Assembly: GCA_023213195.1 (NCBI GenBank)
Contig: CP096135.1
Span: forward strand, 404,923-468,922
Length of the DNA: 64,000 bases
Reading direction: 5' to 3'
DNA from: Sphingobacteriales bacterium JAD_PAG50586_3
GTDB lineage: Bacteria > Bacteroidota > Bacteroidia > CAMBQF01
The translations under genes were made by a program, and so were the position numbers. Positions 1-11,797 of the stretch are shown here, in pieces (position 1 is the stretch's first letter; every line of letters begins with the position of its first letter). A model generated the notes under the pieces. It ran no database searches, was not told the DNA's origin, and worked only from the letters and a program-made list of their open reading frames with translations.

Positions 1-158
1 TTGCCCTCCGCATAAGAGTGCCGTCCGCACAGGACAATGAAGCAAAAAGTAATTGCCCTCTGCAAAGAGTATCGCCCGCATAGGACAATGAAGAATCTAT
101 AATTAATTATCTACCACAACTTAAAAACATATTCCTTTTAAATCCTGTTTACGTAAAC

Positions 159-1368
159 ATGGATTTAAAATCGGGAAACCCATGGTGGGTTTTAAAAAAC
201 GGCCTGCAACAAGATTACCCTAAACTAAGCCACAGTTTAACTAATCAAGATGTAGTAATTATAGGCTCAGGCATTAGCGGTGCTTTAACCGCCCACGCCT
301 TATGCACAGCCGGTTTTAAATGCACTATTGTTGATAGGCGCATAGCGTCGTCGGGCAGCACATGGGCTAATACAGGGCATATTAATTATGAGTTGGATAG
401 CTCTATGAACAGCCTGCTAAAACGCTACCCCGAAGAATTTTGCATTGATGTTTTTAAAGCCTGCAAAGATGCCGTTTACAGCCTGCAACAGGTGCTTGCC
501 GATACGGGAGTTGATTGTGCCATAAACCCCTGCCCATCGCTATACATAGCCGCCGACAAAAAAGGCCTGCGCGATATTGAGGAAGAGTGCATTACCCGAA
601 ATAATGCAGGCTTTGCACTGGAACTGCTTAACGATAGCCAACTTTTATTGGAATATGGCATAGTTGCCAAAGGAGCTACCCGCCATTACGACTCTGCCCA
701 AATAGACCCTTATAAAGCCGCTACAGGCATACTAGACTACCATGTAAAAGCCGGAAACCTTACCATATACACCCGTACCCATATTGAAAAGTTGGAGCAT
801 GAAAATGGCAAAGTAATACTTACTACCGATGATGGTCTAACTATAAATGCAAAGCACGTAGTATGCGCAGCGGGATACGAAGCAGGTATGTTTCTGCCGA
901 AGAAGGTGATGCAACTAACCTCATCTTTCGCCTTTGTAAGCGAGCCTTTGGACGATAAATTACGCTTGGGAGGGAGGCCTGTTGGTTTGGGACACTGCGC
1001 AGCCTTATTTCTACCTAAGCAATACCGATGATAACCGGCTGGTTATTGGTGGTGGCGACATTAAATTCAAGAATGAAAAGCTACGCGATTCGCTAATGGA
1101 TAAGAAAATTAAAGCGCTGCTACAGCAATGCAAAACCTACTTACCCGGAGTAAAAGTAGAGCCTGCTTTTGAATGGTGCGGCACCTTTAGCGAAACCAAC
1201 GATAGCCTGCCCTACATAGGCCTGCACCCCGAAGTGCCTAATGTGTACTTCGCGCTGGGTTATGGTGGCAACGGCACCATGTTTAGTCAACTGGCCGCCG
1301 AAATTATATCCAACATAATACAAGACATACCCGACCACCGCCAAGCCCTTTTTGGGTTTAACAGGTAA
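159..1368 (+). CDS. FAD-dependent oxidoreductase (DAO/DadA/PuuB-like), split by one frameshift near 965-970
   Basis: IIGSGISG dinucleotide-binding motif, GSTWANTG, C-terminal GYGGNG; ORFs 159..1031 and 982..1368 are the two halves of one family-length protein. Confidence 0.85.
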
Positions 1369-1410
1369 ACAAATAAGCTTTACACCTTAGCGATGAGGGA
1401 GAGGGTGACA

Positions 1411-1478
1411 ACCACCACCCCTTTCTTCCTGATTTTTTACAATCGAGCATTCATTCCCCACCTTTACAGGAGGGTAGT
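1411..1478 (+). repeat. Degenerate palindromic repeat, family A variant
   Basis: accaccacccctttct...ttcattcccc-cctttacaggaggg aligns by eye with 50041-50111 and 34821-34878. Confidence 0.55.
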
Positions 1479-1493
1479 TAAAGTAAAAGAAAT

Positions 1494-1501
1494 TACCTTT
1501 G
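1494..1501 (+). promoter_or_regulatory. Bacteroidota sigma70 -7 element (TAnnTTTG)
   Basis: TACCTTTG about 20 nt upstream of the TTG start at 1522. Confidence 0.55.
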
Positions 1502-1521
1502 CAGCGTAATATAATAACCCC

Positions 1522-2613
1522 TTGACTTCACCAAGTACGCACCAACGAATACCCGGTTTTGATTTAGCCCGCGCCTATGCCATATTTGGCATGTTTATCG
1601 TCAATTTTAATTTTTGCTTCGGGTCGTTTGCAAATCCCACCCTGCCCGGCAGGTTTATAACATTGTTCACCGGTAACTCTACTTCTATATTTATTATTTG
1701 CGCAGGCATGGGTTTATCACTTATGGTAAACAGGCAAAACCTTACGGCAGACGATAAAAAGAAATTCAAATCCATTGTATTAAAACGCTCGTGGTTTTTA
1801 TTAGCCATAGGCCTGTTGCTATACTCGTGGTGGCCGGGCGACATACTCCACTTTTATGGAGGCTATATGCACATTGCGGCACTTATGTTGTTTGTACCAA
1901 AGCGGTACTTTTTGTGGGTAGCTGCTGCTGCAATTGTAATTTATCATGCACTATTATTTATAATTCCCGTTGAAACAGCCTGGGATTTTACCACATTTAA
2001 GTATGCCGATTTTTGGACACTAAAAGGTTTTCTTCGCAATACTTTATATAACGGATGGAACTCCATATTCCCATGGATAGCCTACTTTATGTTGGGCATG
2101 TGGATGGGTAAATTAAACTGGGAAAATAATACGATTAAAAAGTACATTTTTATAGCAGGCGCTATTTTACTTTTGTTGTTTGAAGGATTAAGGGTAATGG
2201 CCACAGCTAGTATGTTCAACGTAAAAACAACGCAGTATATTATGAGCGAATATTTTCCGCCTTACCTTCCATTTATGGCTATTACAACAGGTTTTGCGTT
2301 GATGGTGATTTCGGCTTGCATGTATATTGGACATAAGTTCCCTTCCAATAAATTAATAGATGCTTTGTCCAAAACCGGGCAAATGACATTAACTCATTAC
2401 GTAGTACACATAACCTTGGGCATGGTGGTTTTTGCTGTTTTATTTCGCAATACCTATACAGGTTACTTACCCATAGAAGAACCTGTGCCGCCTATACATA
2501 TACTGGGTTTTGCAACAGGACTTTTTATTTTAAGTGTAGCATTTAGTGTTATATGGAAGAGATATTTTAAAAACGGGCCATTAGAAATGTTGATGCGTAA
2601 AATTTCAGGTTAA
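1522..2613 (+). CDS. DUF418/YeiB-like multi-pass membrane protein
   Basis: N-terminal RIPGFDLARAYAIFGM, GDILHFYG, GQMTLTHYVVH, C-terminal GPLEMLMR. Confidence 0.8.
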   Translation: MTSPSTHQRIPGFDLARAYAIFGMFIVNFNFCFGSFANPTLPGRFITLFTGNSTSIFIICAGMGLSLMVNRQNLTADDKKKFKSIVLKRSWFLLAIGLLLYSWWPGDILHFYGGYMHIAALMLFVPKRYFLWVAAAAIVIYHALLFIIPVETAWDFTTFKYADFWTLKGFLRNTLYNGWNSIFPWIAYFMLGMWMGKLNWENNTIKKYIFIAGAILLLLFEGLRVMATASMFNVKTTQYIMSEYFPPYLPFMAITTGFALMVISACMYIGHKFPSNKLIDALSKTGQMTLTHYVVHITLGMVVFAVLFRNTYTGYLPIEEPVPPIHILGFATGLFILSVAFSVIWKRYFKNGPLEMLMRKISG

Positions 2614-2643
2614 GTAATTTTATTAAACCATTACCTTTACCCT

Positions 2644-3057
2644 ATGGAAGAAGCTATCAACTCGAGCAAGGCACCAGAGCCTGTAGGATTATACCCCCAT
2701 GCACGCCGTGTAGGCAATGTACTATACTTATCGGGCGTTGGCCCGCGCGAACGTGGCACTAAAAAAATACCGGGGGTTGAGTTAGACGATGCCGGAAACA
2801 TTGCCAGCTACGATATTGAAACCCAATGCCGCTCGGTGTTTCAGAATGTAAAATACATTTTAGAAGATGCCGGCAGCAGCTGGGATAAGATTGTAGATGT
2901 AACGGTTTTCCTTACCAATATGAAAGACGATTTTCCCACTTATAACAAGCTATGGGCCGAGTATTTTGCATCTAACCCACCGTGCCGCACCACACTGGAG
3001 ATTAATTGCCTCCCTACACCAATAGCCATAGAGCTAAAGGTTATTGCTACGATTTAA
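2644..3057 (+). CDS. RidA/YjgF family protein (2-aminomuconate deaminase-like)
   Basis: APEPVGLYPHARRVGNVLYLSG, VTVFLTNM, C-terminal PTPIAIELKVIA. Confidence 0.9.
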   Translation: MEEAINSSKAPEPVGLYPHARRVGNVLYLSGVGPRERGTKKIPGVELDDAGNIASYDIETQCRSVFQNVKYILEDAGSSWDKIVDVTVFLTNMKDDFPTYNKLWAEYFASNPPCRTTLEINCLPTPIAIELKVIATI

Positions 3058-3090
3058 CCCCTCCCAACCCTCCCCTTTAAGGGGAGGGCT
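3057..3090 (-). repeat. Palindromic repeat family A (CCCTCCCC-loop-GGGGAGGG plus G-rich tail)
   Basis: ccctcccc ttta ggggaggg hairpin directly after the ridA stop, preceded by ccctcccaa tail. Confidence 0.7.
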
Positions 3091-3159
3091 AAATAGTCCA
3101 AAATCAGGTTTTCAACAATCGGGATATAAATAGTGTTATGGTAGTATATACCCATAACT

Positions 3160-3561
3160 ATGAAAAGCTTTTTGACAATACTATCGTTTGCAATAGCATT
3201 TATTGCTAATGCCCAAAACCCTGAGTTTTGCATTAAAAACGAAACCAACAGCAGCAACTACCAGTTTAGGATAGAGTATACCTGCCCTAACGATGGCAAA
3301 AACGCTACCCATTGGAGCAATTGGTATAGAATAGATGGTGGCCCAAACATCGGCACTTGTATTCCGGCTGATGATTTTAGCTGCAAAACTGCTTGGGTAG
3401 CCCGTACGTTTGAGGTACGCACCGGAACATCAGACAATGCAGTAAACATGAGTTTGCCAAGCGATTATCCTAGTGCAAAACTAACGCTTATAGACCCGCT
3501 TAACGATAATGCCGTAGGCACTTTTGTGTGGGAGTTTTTAAACTCGGTAAGGGTGTTTTAA
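3160..3561 (+). CDS. Hypothetical secreted protein
   Basis: Sec signal peptide MKSFLTILSFAIAFIANA-Q, four Cys; no family recognised. Confidence 0.7.
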   Translation: MKSFLTILSFAIAFIANAQNPEFCIKNETNSSNYQFRIEYTCPNDGKNATHWSNWYRIDGGPNIGTCIPADDFSCKTAWVARTFEVRTGTSDNAVNMSLPSDYPSAKLTLIDPLNDNAVGTFVWEFLNSVRVF

Positions 3562-4204
3562 AGCAGCAATATCAGCAATGAGTTGCAAATGGCACTTACC
3601 GAAAACCCGCTGTATACCTGTGCGGGTGTGTGGGCATTCAACTGTAAACGGGCAAAGCCTGTAATGCCTGCCAAGGCTATCAAAATAAAAATAAAAGGCG
3701 TAAGTGGTAGCGAGTAGCGTATAGCTATGGCAATAAAGCTGCCCAAAACTCCTCCAATACCCATCATGTGGATGCTTATTTTAAACCAATGGTTTACCAA
3801 TAGTGCCAACACTATGGTTAGCGTAGCGCCCAATATTAATGGGTAAGCCAACGCATAAGGAAATACCGACCGTGGAATATTCAATTTAAGAATAGCCCAG
3901 TAGCAAGCGGTATAGCAAAAGCCGGTAAAAATAAAGGGTATGCGACGGTCTTTTTGCTGGTTAAGGCCTACGCCCTCTATAGCCCCCATCAGTTTAAGCA
4001 CAATAATTACTATTGCCGGTAAAATGCATGTACAGATAAATATTATCCCTAAAGATAAAGCCTTACCGTTTCTTCTGAACGTAAGGCTAAATTAGATGGC
4101 ATGCTGAATATTAGGTATGCACCAAAAATGGGCATAAGCATAGGGTGCACCACGCCCGAAATAATTTTCGCAATAATATTTAAGGGCGTTGGCTCGAACT
4201 TCAT
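3558..4204 (-). CDS. PAP2-like membrane protein, frameshift near 4053
   Basis: KISIH, ARLQLNAHTPAQVYSG; manual translation extends it to MKFEPTPLNIIAKIISGVVHPMLMP (ATG 4204) in an adjacent frame. Confidence 0.75.
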
Positions 4205-4221
4205 GCTGCTAAAATACGGTA

Positions 4222-4767
4222 TTAATGCTTTTCAAGGTTAACAACTACGGTAACGGCAATGTCTTCTGCAATTTTAGACATTACAATAGTAGGCACATCT
4301 ACCTTATGATCGGCTAAATGCACATTAAATTTAGCATCAATTTTTACTTTACCGTCTTTTACTGTAAGAGTTGCCGTTATTTTACGCTCCTGTTTAACAC
4401 CGTGTATATCTAACGTACCCTCGGCCATAACAGTATAGGTACCGTCTTTGGTAACATCAACCTTACTGGCACTTACCATTTTGCCATTAAAGGTAGCGTT
4501 GGGGTATTTAGCGCTCTCTAAATAGTTTTCGTTAAAATGCTCCTCCATCAAATCGTTAGGAAAATCGAACGTTTTAACGGGTATTTTAAACGTAAAGGTG
4601 TTAGAGCCAAAGTCTATAACCGATGTCATAACCTTGGTTTTGGCCTTTATATCTTCTACCGGTGTGTGCGAATAAAAATCAACACCTACCGTTTTACCAA
4701 CATATACCTGTGCCTGCGCTGTGTATAGTAACACAGAGAACGAGGCTAAAAAGAGTAACTTTTTCAT
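4222..4767 (-). CDS. YceI family secreted protein
   Basis: Signal peptide, LMEEHFNENYLESAKYPNATF, GTLDIHGV. Confidence 0.9.
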   Translation of the reverse strand: MKKLLFLASFSVLLYTAQAQVYVGKTVGVDFYSHTPVEDIKAKTKVMTSVIDFGSNTFTFKIPVKTFDFPNDLMEEHFNENYLESAKYPNATFNGKMVSASKVDVTKDGTYTVMAEGTLDIHGVKQERKITATLTVKDGKVKIDAKFNVHLADHKVDVPTIVMSKIAEDIAVTVVVNLEKH

Positions 4768-4843
4768 ATTATAATGATTTACAAATGTAATTTTGCAATT
4801 ATCGTACCTAAAGATACAAATTAAGAATATTTATTGTTGCAAC

Positions 4844-6242
4844 ATGAAAAAAGTCTTGTTTTTATTTTTGATAGTTATTGTTGTTGCAGCATGTAAAACC
4901 CATGTAGACCCTAATGCCCCGGCCCTTGTTAAAAATACCGAATACCAGCCAGAACTCTCTATAATTAACATACCGGTTGATATACCAAACAGCCTGCTGG
5001 AAGACAGCCTTAACGCCCAGTTAAAAGGCCTTATTGTAGACGACCAAAGCTATGATACACCGGAAAAGGACGATTTGAAAATTAAGGTATGGATTAACGG
5101 CCGCATAAAAACCGGCACCATGGGCGATGTTTTTTATTCTATGATTCCGCTTAAAGTTTGGGCACAGGCAAGGTATGACGCCTGCGACTTTTGCCCTACC
5201 ATAGAGAAAGAGACCAACTTTGAGCCTACAGTGTATTTTTCTACCAAGCTATCGGTATCTAAAGACTACCGCGTAGTTACCACCACCACATCTAACGGGT
5301 TTACCTGGTGGTAGAACCCAAAATATATATTGCGGGCATTGGCATTTCCATCAAATCGTTAGTAGAAAAAGAGCTGGATAAAACCCTGAAAAACTCAGCA
5401 CGGGAAATGGACCGTAACATAAGCAACGGGTTTGACCTGCGCAGCAATGTGCAAGGCATTTGGAACCAGTTGCACACCCCCATATTGGTTGATACCGCTA
5501 CCCAAACCTACCTTAAAATTAAGCCGAAGGAATTTTTTATGTCGCCCATAAAAAGCACACCCAGAAGCTTAAAACTAAACTTAGGTGTTAGGGCTTTTTA
5601 GAATCGTATACGGGCACCAAGCCCGATGTAGGCGCCATACCTGCTCTGCCCGACCTTAAAACCGATGCCGTAACCGATAACAGCTTTTACGTTAACCTAA
5701 CCAGTCGCATTACCTATGCCGAAGCCAACAAATTGGCTAACCAAAGCATGGCAAACCAAAGCTACCAGGTGGGCAAAAAAACGGTGGTGGTAGATAGCCT
5801 TCACCTTAGTGGCAACAACAACAAGCTGGTGGTAAAAACATACGTTAGCAAGGCTATAAACGGCATGGTGTACCTGTGTTGCAGGCCCGAGTATGATGTA
5901 GAAAACTCACAACTGGCAATGAAAGATGTTGACTTTGACATTAACACTAAAAACGTGCTATACAAATCGGCAGCGTGGATGGTAGATGGCTTGTTCTCTA
6001 AAAAACTGGAGCAAAAGTTGGTATTTAAAATGTCCGACCAGCTAGACTCTGTAAAAACCCAGATAAACAGCCAAATTGCCGACTACCGCTACCAAAACCT
6101 GTTTGCGCTAAAAGGCAAGCTAGACAAACTGGAGGTAAAAGGCATTTATATGGAGCCCGATGGCATACGTGTTGCCCTATCGGCCCGCGGAACGGCTAAT
6201 ATTGTTGTAGGATTAACACCGGCACCGGCCCGCAAAAAATGA
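4844..6242 (+). CDS. DUF4403-like lipoprotein, frameshifts near 5308 and 5597
   Basis: Lipobox VVAAC after ATG 4844; three ORF-track pieces join with single-base corrections (TWVVEPK; AFLESYTG). Confidence 0.65.
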
Positions 6243-7063
6243 TAAAACTATCGGTAGTAATAATAGCTTTTAACGAGGAGCGCAACATAGGCCGCTGTAT
6301 AGATTCTGTTTCGGAGATTGCAGATGAAGTACTTGTGGTAGATTCCGGCTCTACCGATGCTACTAAAGCCATTTGCGAAACTAAGGGAGCACGTGTAATA
6401 GAGCATGCTTTTGAAGGACATATAGAGCAAAAAAACTATGCCGCGTTGCAAGCTACTTATGAGTGGGTTCTTAGCCTTGATGCCGATGAGGCATTATCGC
6501 CGGAACTACAAAATTCTATTAAAGAGTGGCTAAAGGGTGCAGAAAATGAAAATCATTCTAATACCCCCTCTCCTTGGGAGAGGGGGCGGGGGGTGAGGCC
6601 TAACGGCTACACCATGAACCGTCTTACAAACTACTGCGGGCATTGGGTGCGCTATTGCGGCTGGTACCCCGATACTAAGCTACGCCTGTTTAACCGCGCA
6701 TTTGGCGCTTGGGGCGGCACTAACCCGCACGACAAGTACGAACTGCACGATAAAAAAGCCCCAACAGGTTTTCTTAAAGGCGACATACTACATTACAGCT
6801 ACTACACGGTAGACGAGCATTATAAGCAAATGACCTACTTTGCCGATATTGCCGCCAAAGCATCTGTTGCAAAAGGCAAAAAGGCAAACTCATCAAACCT
6901 GATAATAAACCCGGTGGCCAAATTTATACGGCACTTTATAGTAAAATTGGGCTTTTTAGATGGTAAAACAGGCTTTACCATTAGCCGCATATCGGCCTGG
7001 GGCACGTATTTGAAGTACTATAAAATGCTGGAGATACAAAGATCAGGGGTCAGAAGCCAGTAA
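6239..7063 (+). CDS. Glycosyltransferase family 2 carrying an in-frame palindromic insertion
   Basis: LSVVIIAFNEE, VVDSGSTD, LSLDADE, GWYPD, HYSY. Confidence 0.9.
   Translation: MIKLSVVIIAFNEERNIGRCIDSVSEIADEVLVVDSGSTDATKAICETKGARVIEHAFEGHIEQKNYAALQATYEWVLSLDADEALSPELQNSIKEWLKGAENENHSNTPSPWERGRGVRPNGYTMNRLTNYCGHWVRYCGWYPDTKLRLFNRAFGAWGGTNPHDKYELHDKKAPTGFLKGDILHYSYYTVDEHYKQMTYFADIAAKASVAKGKKANSSNLIINPVAKFIRHFIVKLGFLDGKTGFTISRISAWGTYLKYYKMLEIQRSGVRSQ
6564..6598 (+). repeat. Family A palindromic element inside the GT2 coding region
   Basis: CCCCCTCTCC-TTG-GGAGAGGGGG perfect 10-bp stem plus GGGGGTGAGG tail, as in the intergenic copies at 40244-40290 and 40544-40592. Confidence 0.8.
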
Positions 7064-7171
7064 TCAAGGGTTAGCTGATTTCATCAACAAACATAGCCCA
7101 TGGTTTCAACTATGGGAATAAAAGCACAATAACCCTTTCAATTCTGCAATTAAATCGGCAATTTTGCATTT

Positions 7172-8223
7172 ATGGAAGATAAGCTAAACGTGGGCATTAC
7201 CCATGGCGATATAAACGGAATAAGCTACGAGATTATAATTAAGGCCCTGCTAGACCCTATGGTAAACGAGTTGTTTACCCCTGTGGTATATGGATCGGGC
7301 AAGGCTGCCTCTTACCACCGCAAAGTGTTAGGCATAAACGATTTTAGTTTTAACATAATAAACCCCGGCGCACCGTTTAACCACAAGCTGCCCAACCTGG
7401 TAAACGTTATAGAGGGCGAACCTGTAATAGAATTAGGCAAAAGCACGCCTGAAGCCGGTGCCGCTGCTGTTAAAGCCCTGAAGCCGCTACTGCCGATTTA
7501 TTTGACCATAAAATAGATGTGCTGGTAACAGCACCTTTTAACAAGGCCAACATACAAAGCGAGGGTTTTAAATACCCGGGACATACCGAATACCTTGCTG
7601 ATAAAGCAGAGGTGAAAGACTACCTGATGTTGCTGGTTAGCGACACGCTACGTGTAGGCACTGTTACCGGCCATGTGCCGTTGAAGGATGTATCTGCCAA
7701 CCTGACTACCGAAAAAATTTTGGCTAAGATTAAAGTGCTGCACAAATCGTTACAGTACGATTTTGGCGTGCGCAAGCCTAAAATAGCGGTGCTAGGTCTT
7801 AACCCCCACGCCGGCGATGATGGCCTTTTGGGTAGCGAAGAGCAAAACATTATTAAACCCGCTGTAGAAGCAGCCAACAAGTTTGGCATTATTGCCTACG
7901 GCCCTTACGGTGCCGATGGTTTCTTTGGCTCGGGGCTATACAAGCAGTTTGATGGTATTTTGGCAATGTACCACGACCAAGGCCTGGTGCCTTTTAAAAC
8001 CATCGCCTTCCACTCAGGCGTAAACTTTACCGCCGGGTTGCCTTTTGTGCGCACATCGCCCGACCATGGCACGGGCTATGACATAGCAGGTAAAAATGAG
8101 GCATCGGAAGAATCGTTACGTGCGGCTATTTACATGGCCATAGATATTTACAAAAAACGGTTAGAATATAACGAAATAAATAGCCGGCCTTTAGCGTTTA
8201 CCAAGCTAGCTAAAGAACGATAG
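7172..8223 (+). CDS. pdxA: 4-hydroxythreonine-4-phosphate dehydrogenase, frameshift near 7480
   Basis: GITHGDINGI, LVTAPFNK, GHTEYL, GLNPHAGD, AMYHDQGL, RTSPDHGT. Confidence 0.95.
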
Positions 8224-8224
8224 C

Positions 8225-9486
8225 ATGACTATAAAACAAGCCTGCACACTTTGCCTATTTTTGTTTCTGCTGCTTTGCTTTATAATGCCCGTAAGGGGAA
8301 CGCTGGATATAGGCTATTGGGTTGGCTGGGCTTTAAACATGAATACGCGCGGGTTTAAAAATGCCTACACCATTCCTGAGTTAAATTACAACCCCTTGTT
8401 TTTGTATGTGCTATACGGGTATGGTTATGTAATGCATACCCTGCAAAATATTGAGGAAAACATTAATTACCTTAAAATATTTGTACTGCTTTTTGATTTT
8501 GCCCCGGTTATGCTTTTAATGTGGTGGCTTAATAAAAACGGGCGCAGTTTCTTCAACGGTTTTTTTATCCTCTTTAACATTGCTTATCTATACAACACCA
8601 TATATTGGGGGCAGGTAGATGCTATACACACCGCTTTAATATTCTTTGCTATTTATTTAGCAATAGAGCAAAAGCTTTCCCTTAGCCTTTTATTATTTCT
8701 GCTGGCAATAAACACCAAAACACAATCAGTTTTCTTTTTGCCAATACTAGGGTTGTTATGGCTGCCATCATTAAAAGGCAATGGCAGGCAACTGTTAAAA
8801 AGCTTGGGGTTATTGGTTATTGCACAGCTGCTAATAATATTGCCATTTTTAATTGGTGGCACCACTAGCCATGTGTTGAACAACTATGTAGGTGTTGTTG
8901 ATTTTAACCACGGCCTTTCTATGCACGCCGATAATTTTTGGTACCTGATGATGTGGGACAGTGCAGACCTTCCATTTCTTACAAGCGACCAAAACCAGTG
9001 GCTGGGCTTTACCTTAAAAACATGGGGACTTATTTTGTTTTTTGCATTTGCTACTGTTGTGTTGCTTCCCTTATTAATTAAAGCCATTGTTAATTTTTTA
9101 CAACGCACACGCTTTAGCCTTGCGGGTTGTGAGCATATATTGTTAACAGGCGCTTTGGTAACATTGGTTTTTTTCTATTTCCCTACCCAAATGCACGAGC
9201 GGTACTCTCACCCCGCTATGCTTTTTATGGGCGGTTACTTTATGCTGTCGCGCAGGTGGTTTATGTTCCTGCTACTATCGTTTGCTTATGTAATGAATTT
9301 AGAAGCGGTAGACAGAAGCTGGAAAATGGCTAATTACAATATACTTATTTTTGATGCCTAAGGTTAATAGCATCAATATTTGGATTAGTAATAATTTTGG
9401 GCATTTACAGGCTGTATAAAGATTATGGCTTAAAAGCAGATTGGGAGTATTTAAAAAACAACTTTGCAAAACGGGCAATTGCATGA
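8225..9486 (+). CDS. GT-C-fold membrane glycosyltransferase-like protein (paralog 1), frameshift near 9359
   Basis: Multi-TM; LNYNPLFLY, WGQVDAIHT, PTQMHERY; corrected frame ends at TGA 9484-9486 overlapping the next ATG. Confidence 0.7.
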
Positions 9487-10743
9487 AACTAAATTACGGC
9501 TATACAATTTGTATTATATTTTTTATCCTGCTGTGCTTTTTACTGCCACCGCCGGGAGATTATGATACCAAATTTTGGATAGAATGGTGTACTGCATTTA
9601 AAGTAACAGGTCTTGCACATGCTTATACAATAGAAGACCTAAACTACAACCCCGTTTACCTGTACGTGCTACGCGCCTATGCAGCCATAATGCCCGATGC
9701 CAATAGCATTGCCGCCAATATAAACTACCTTAAAATAGTTACCTTGTTGTTTGATTTTGGTGCTGTAATGCTGCTAATGTGGTGGGCCAACAAACACGGG
9801 CGAAACATATTTTTAGCATTTTTTGTACTCTTTAATATTGGCTACCTGTATAATACCTTCTATTGGGGGCAGATAGATGCCATACATACCACTATGCTTT
9901 TTGGGGCGTTTATTTTGGCTTTAGAAGAAAAGCTAATATGGAGCGTAGTTGTGTTTTTAATAGCGCTAAACACCAAAACTCAATCTATATTATTTTTACC
10001 AATACTAGGCCTGTTGTGGCTGCCATTGCTAAAAGGCAACGGAAAAGCGGTAGCTAAAGGTTTGGTTGCGCTTGTTGTTGTGCAGGTACTTATTATACTG
10101 CCCTTTTTACTAAAAGGCACTGCGGGGGCTATATGGCAAAACTATGTTGGGGTGGTAGACTATAACAGGTTCCTATCTATGCATGCCTACAATTTTTGGT
10201 ATTTGGTTTTATGGGAAAATACAGAGGTAGCAAGGCATATACCCGATAGCTATACCTTGGAATGGGGTTACTTTTAAAACCTGGGGGTTGCTTATGTTTG
10301 CCATAGCATCGGCTATAACGTTGTTCCCTTTGTTGGTAAAGTCTATGGCGGCACTGGCAAAGGGCAGCCGTTTAGGTTTTGCACAGGCAGAACAGGTTAT
10401 GCTAAGCGCGGCGCTGGTAGCGGTAATTTTCTTTTTCTTTCCCACCCAAATGCACGAGCGATACTCGCACCCTGTATTGCTTTTTGCCGGGGCGTATTTT
10501 GTATTTAGCAAGCGTTGGGTACTATTTCTTTTTGTTTCTTATGCCTATTTAATGAACTTAGAATCGTTGGATAAATGTTGGCAACTGGATAACTACGGCA
10601 CCTTTATTTTTGATGCACGCCTTGTTGGCTTTTTATATGCTTTTGCATTAGTTTATGGCACCTACAGGCTGTATAAAGATTATGGGTTTAGGAGTGATAT
10701 TCAGTATTTAAAACAATCCTTCAAACTATCCTCTACTCAATAA
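9483..10743 (+). CDS. GT-C-fold membrane glycosyltransferase-like protein (paralog 2), frameshift near 10257
   Basis: LNYNPVYLY, WGQIDAIHT, NTKTQS, PTQMHERYSHP shared with paralog 1. Confidence 0.7.
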
Positions 10744-10751
10744 ACACTGCA

Positions 10752-11735
10752 CTATTTCAAATCCACCTCTAGCACAAACGGGTCAAACACCTGCGCTATA
10801 TAAAGTTTGCCTTTGTAAATAAGCCCTGTTGAATTGGCACTTATACGTTTACCATCATCAGCAAAAACAACACGGCTGGCCAGTGTTTTATAGTTTACCG
10901 CATAGGTTATCCCCGGCGATGGCTTACCTGATTTTTTAACGTGCCCAAGAAACTTAAAGGGTTTGGGGTGGGCTACAATTATAAGCTCATCGCCATGCAA
11001 TGTAATGTTATCATACCCATAAAAAGGGGCGATATTTACAGAGGTTTTAAGTGTACCATCAGCATTTTTAGTGTAGCGGTTTAGTACTTTTTGCTGCACG
11101 GTAGATATATAGACATTGGTATCTAACACCAATACCCCATTGGCATAAGCTAATTTTTCAGCTACTACAGAGCAGTTGCCCAAGCTGTCGAACATTACCA
11201 CATTGGCCCTTTTTTTCTTAAACAGTTTTTCGCCTAAAGAGCCACGTTTGCCGCTGTCGTTAGTAACATACACACTGCCGTTTGGCCCTGCGGCACAATC
11301 GTTGGGCGATACTAAGAACGCGCTGCTAAACTGTTTTTCATACACTAACTTGTTGGCTTCAACGGTATACATAACAATAAAATGCTGTTTTAAATCGTCG
11401 CGGTGGCTTACTACATACAGGTAGGTGCTGCCGTTACGGGTAATAATATCTATACCATGAGGGTTAAAAACAAAACCTGCAGGCTCGCCAACACGGGCTA
11501 ATGCTTTAGCTTCCTGTCCATCAAAACGGTATTCCATTATTTCGCCCAAATAAGCCTCGCCCTCTCTGCGTGCATTGCACGATATTAGCAACCGTGGGCT
11601 TGATGATGTGCTGTCTACCACAATATCTTCGGGGCCGGGGCCACACTTAATCTGGCGCGTAGCATTATCAGAATTTTTAGGCAGGCTTGCGCACGATGCC
11701 ATGGTGATTATTACAAAAAGTACTATATACCTCAT
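10752..11735 (-). CDS. Arylesterase/paraoxonase (SMP-30/strictosidine synthase-like beta-propeller) lipoprotein
   Basis: Lipobox MASC, PGPEDI, FNPHGI, SPND, ANG, DNI motifs. Confidence 0.8.
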   Translation of the reverse strand: MRYIVLFVIITMASCASLPKNSDNATRQIKCGPGPEDIVVDSTSSSPRLLISCNARREGEAYLGEIMEYRFDGQEAKALARVGEPAGFVFNPHGIDIITRNGSTYLYVVSHRDDLKQHFIVMYTVEANKLVYEKQFSSAFLVSPNDCAAGPNGSVYVTNDSGKRGSLGEKLFKKKRANVVMFDSLGNCSVVAEKLAYANGVLVLDTNVYISTVQQKVLNRYTKNADGTLKTSVNIAPFYGYDNITLHGDELIIVAHPKPFKFLGHVKKSGKPSPGITYAVNYKTLASRVVFADDGKRISANSTGLIYKGKLYIAQVFDPFVLEVDLK

Positions 11736-11797
11736 AGGGCTAAGATAGTACCAATTAGTAATTATGAATTATTAATTATGAGAAAATTGCCTCTCCC

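Noticed and set aside
7514-7521. Stop-codon readthrough or alternative genetic code in pdxA (TAG followed by ATG)
   Set aside because: The two halves are in different frames; one missing G near 7480 joins them. TAG, TAA and TGA all act as normal stops elsewhere.
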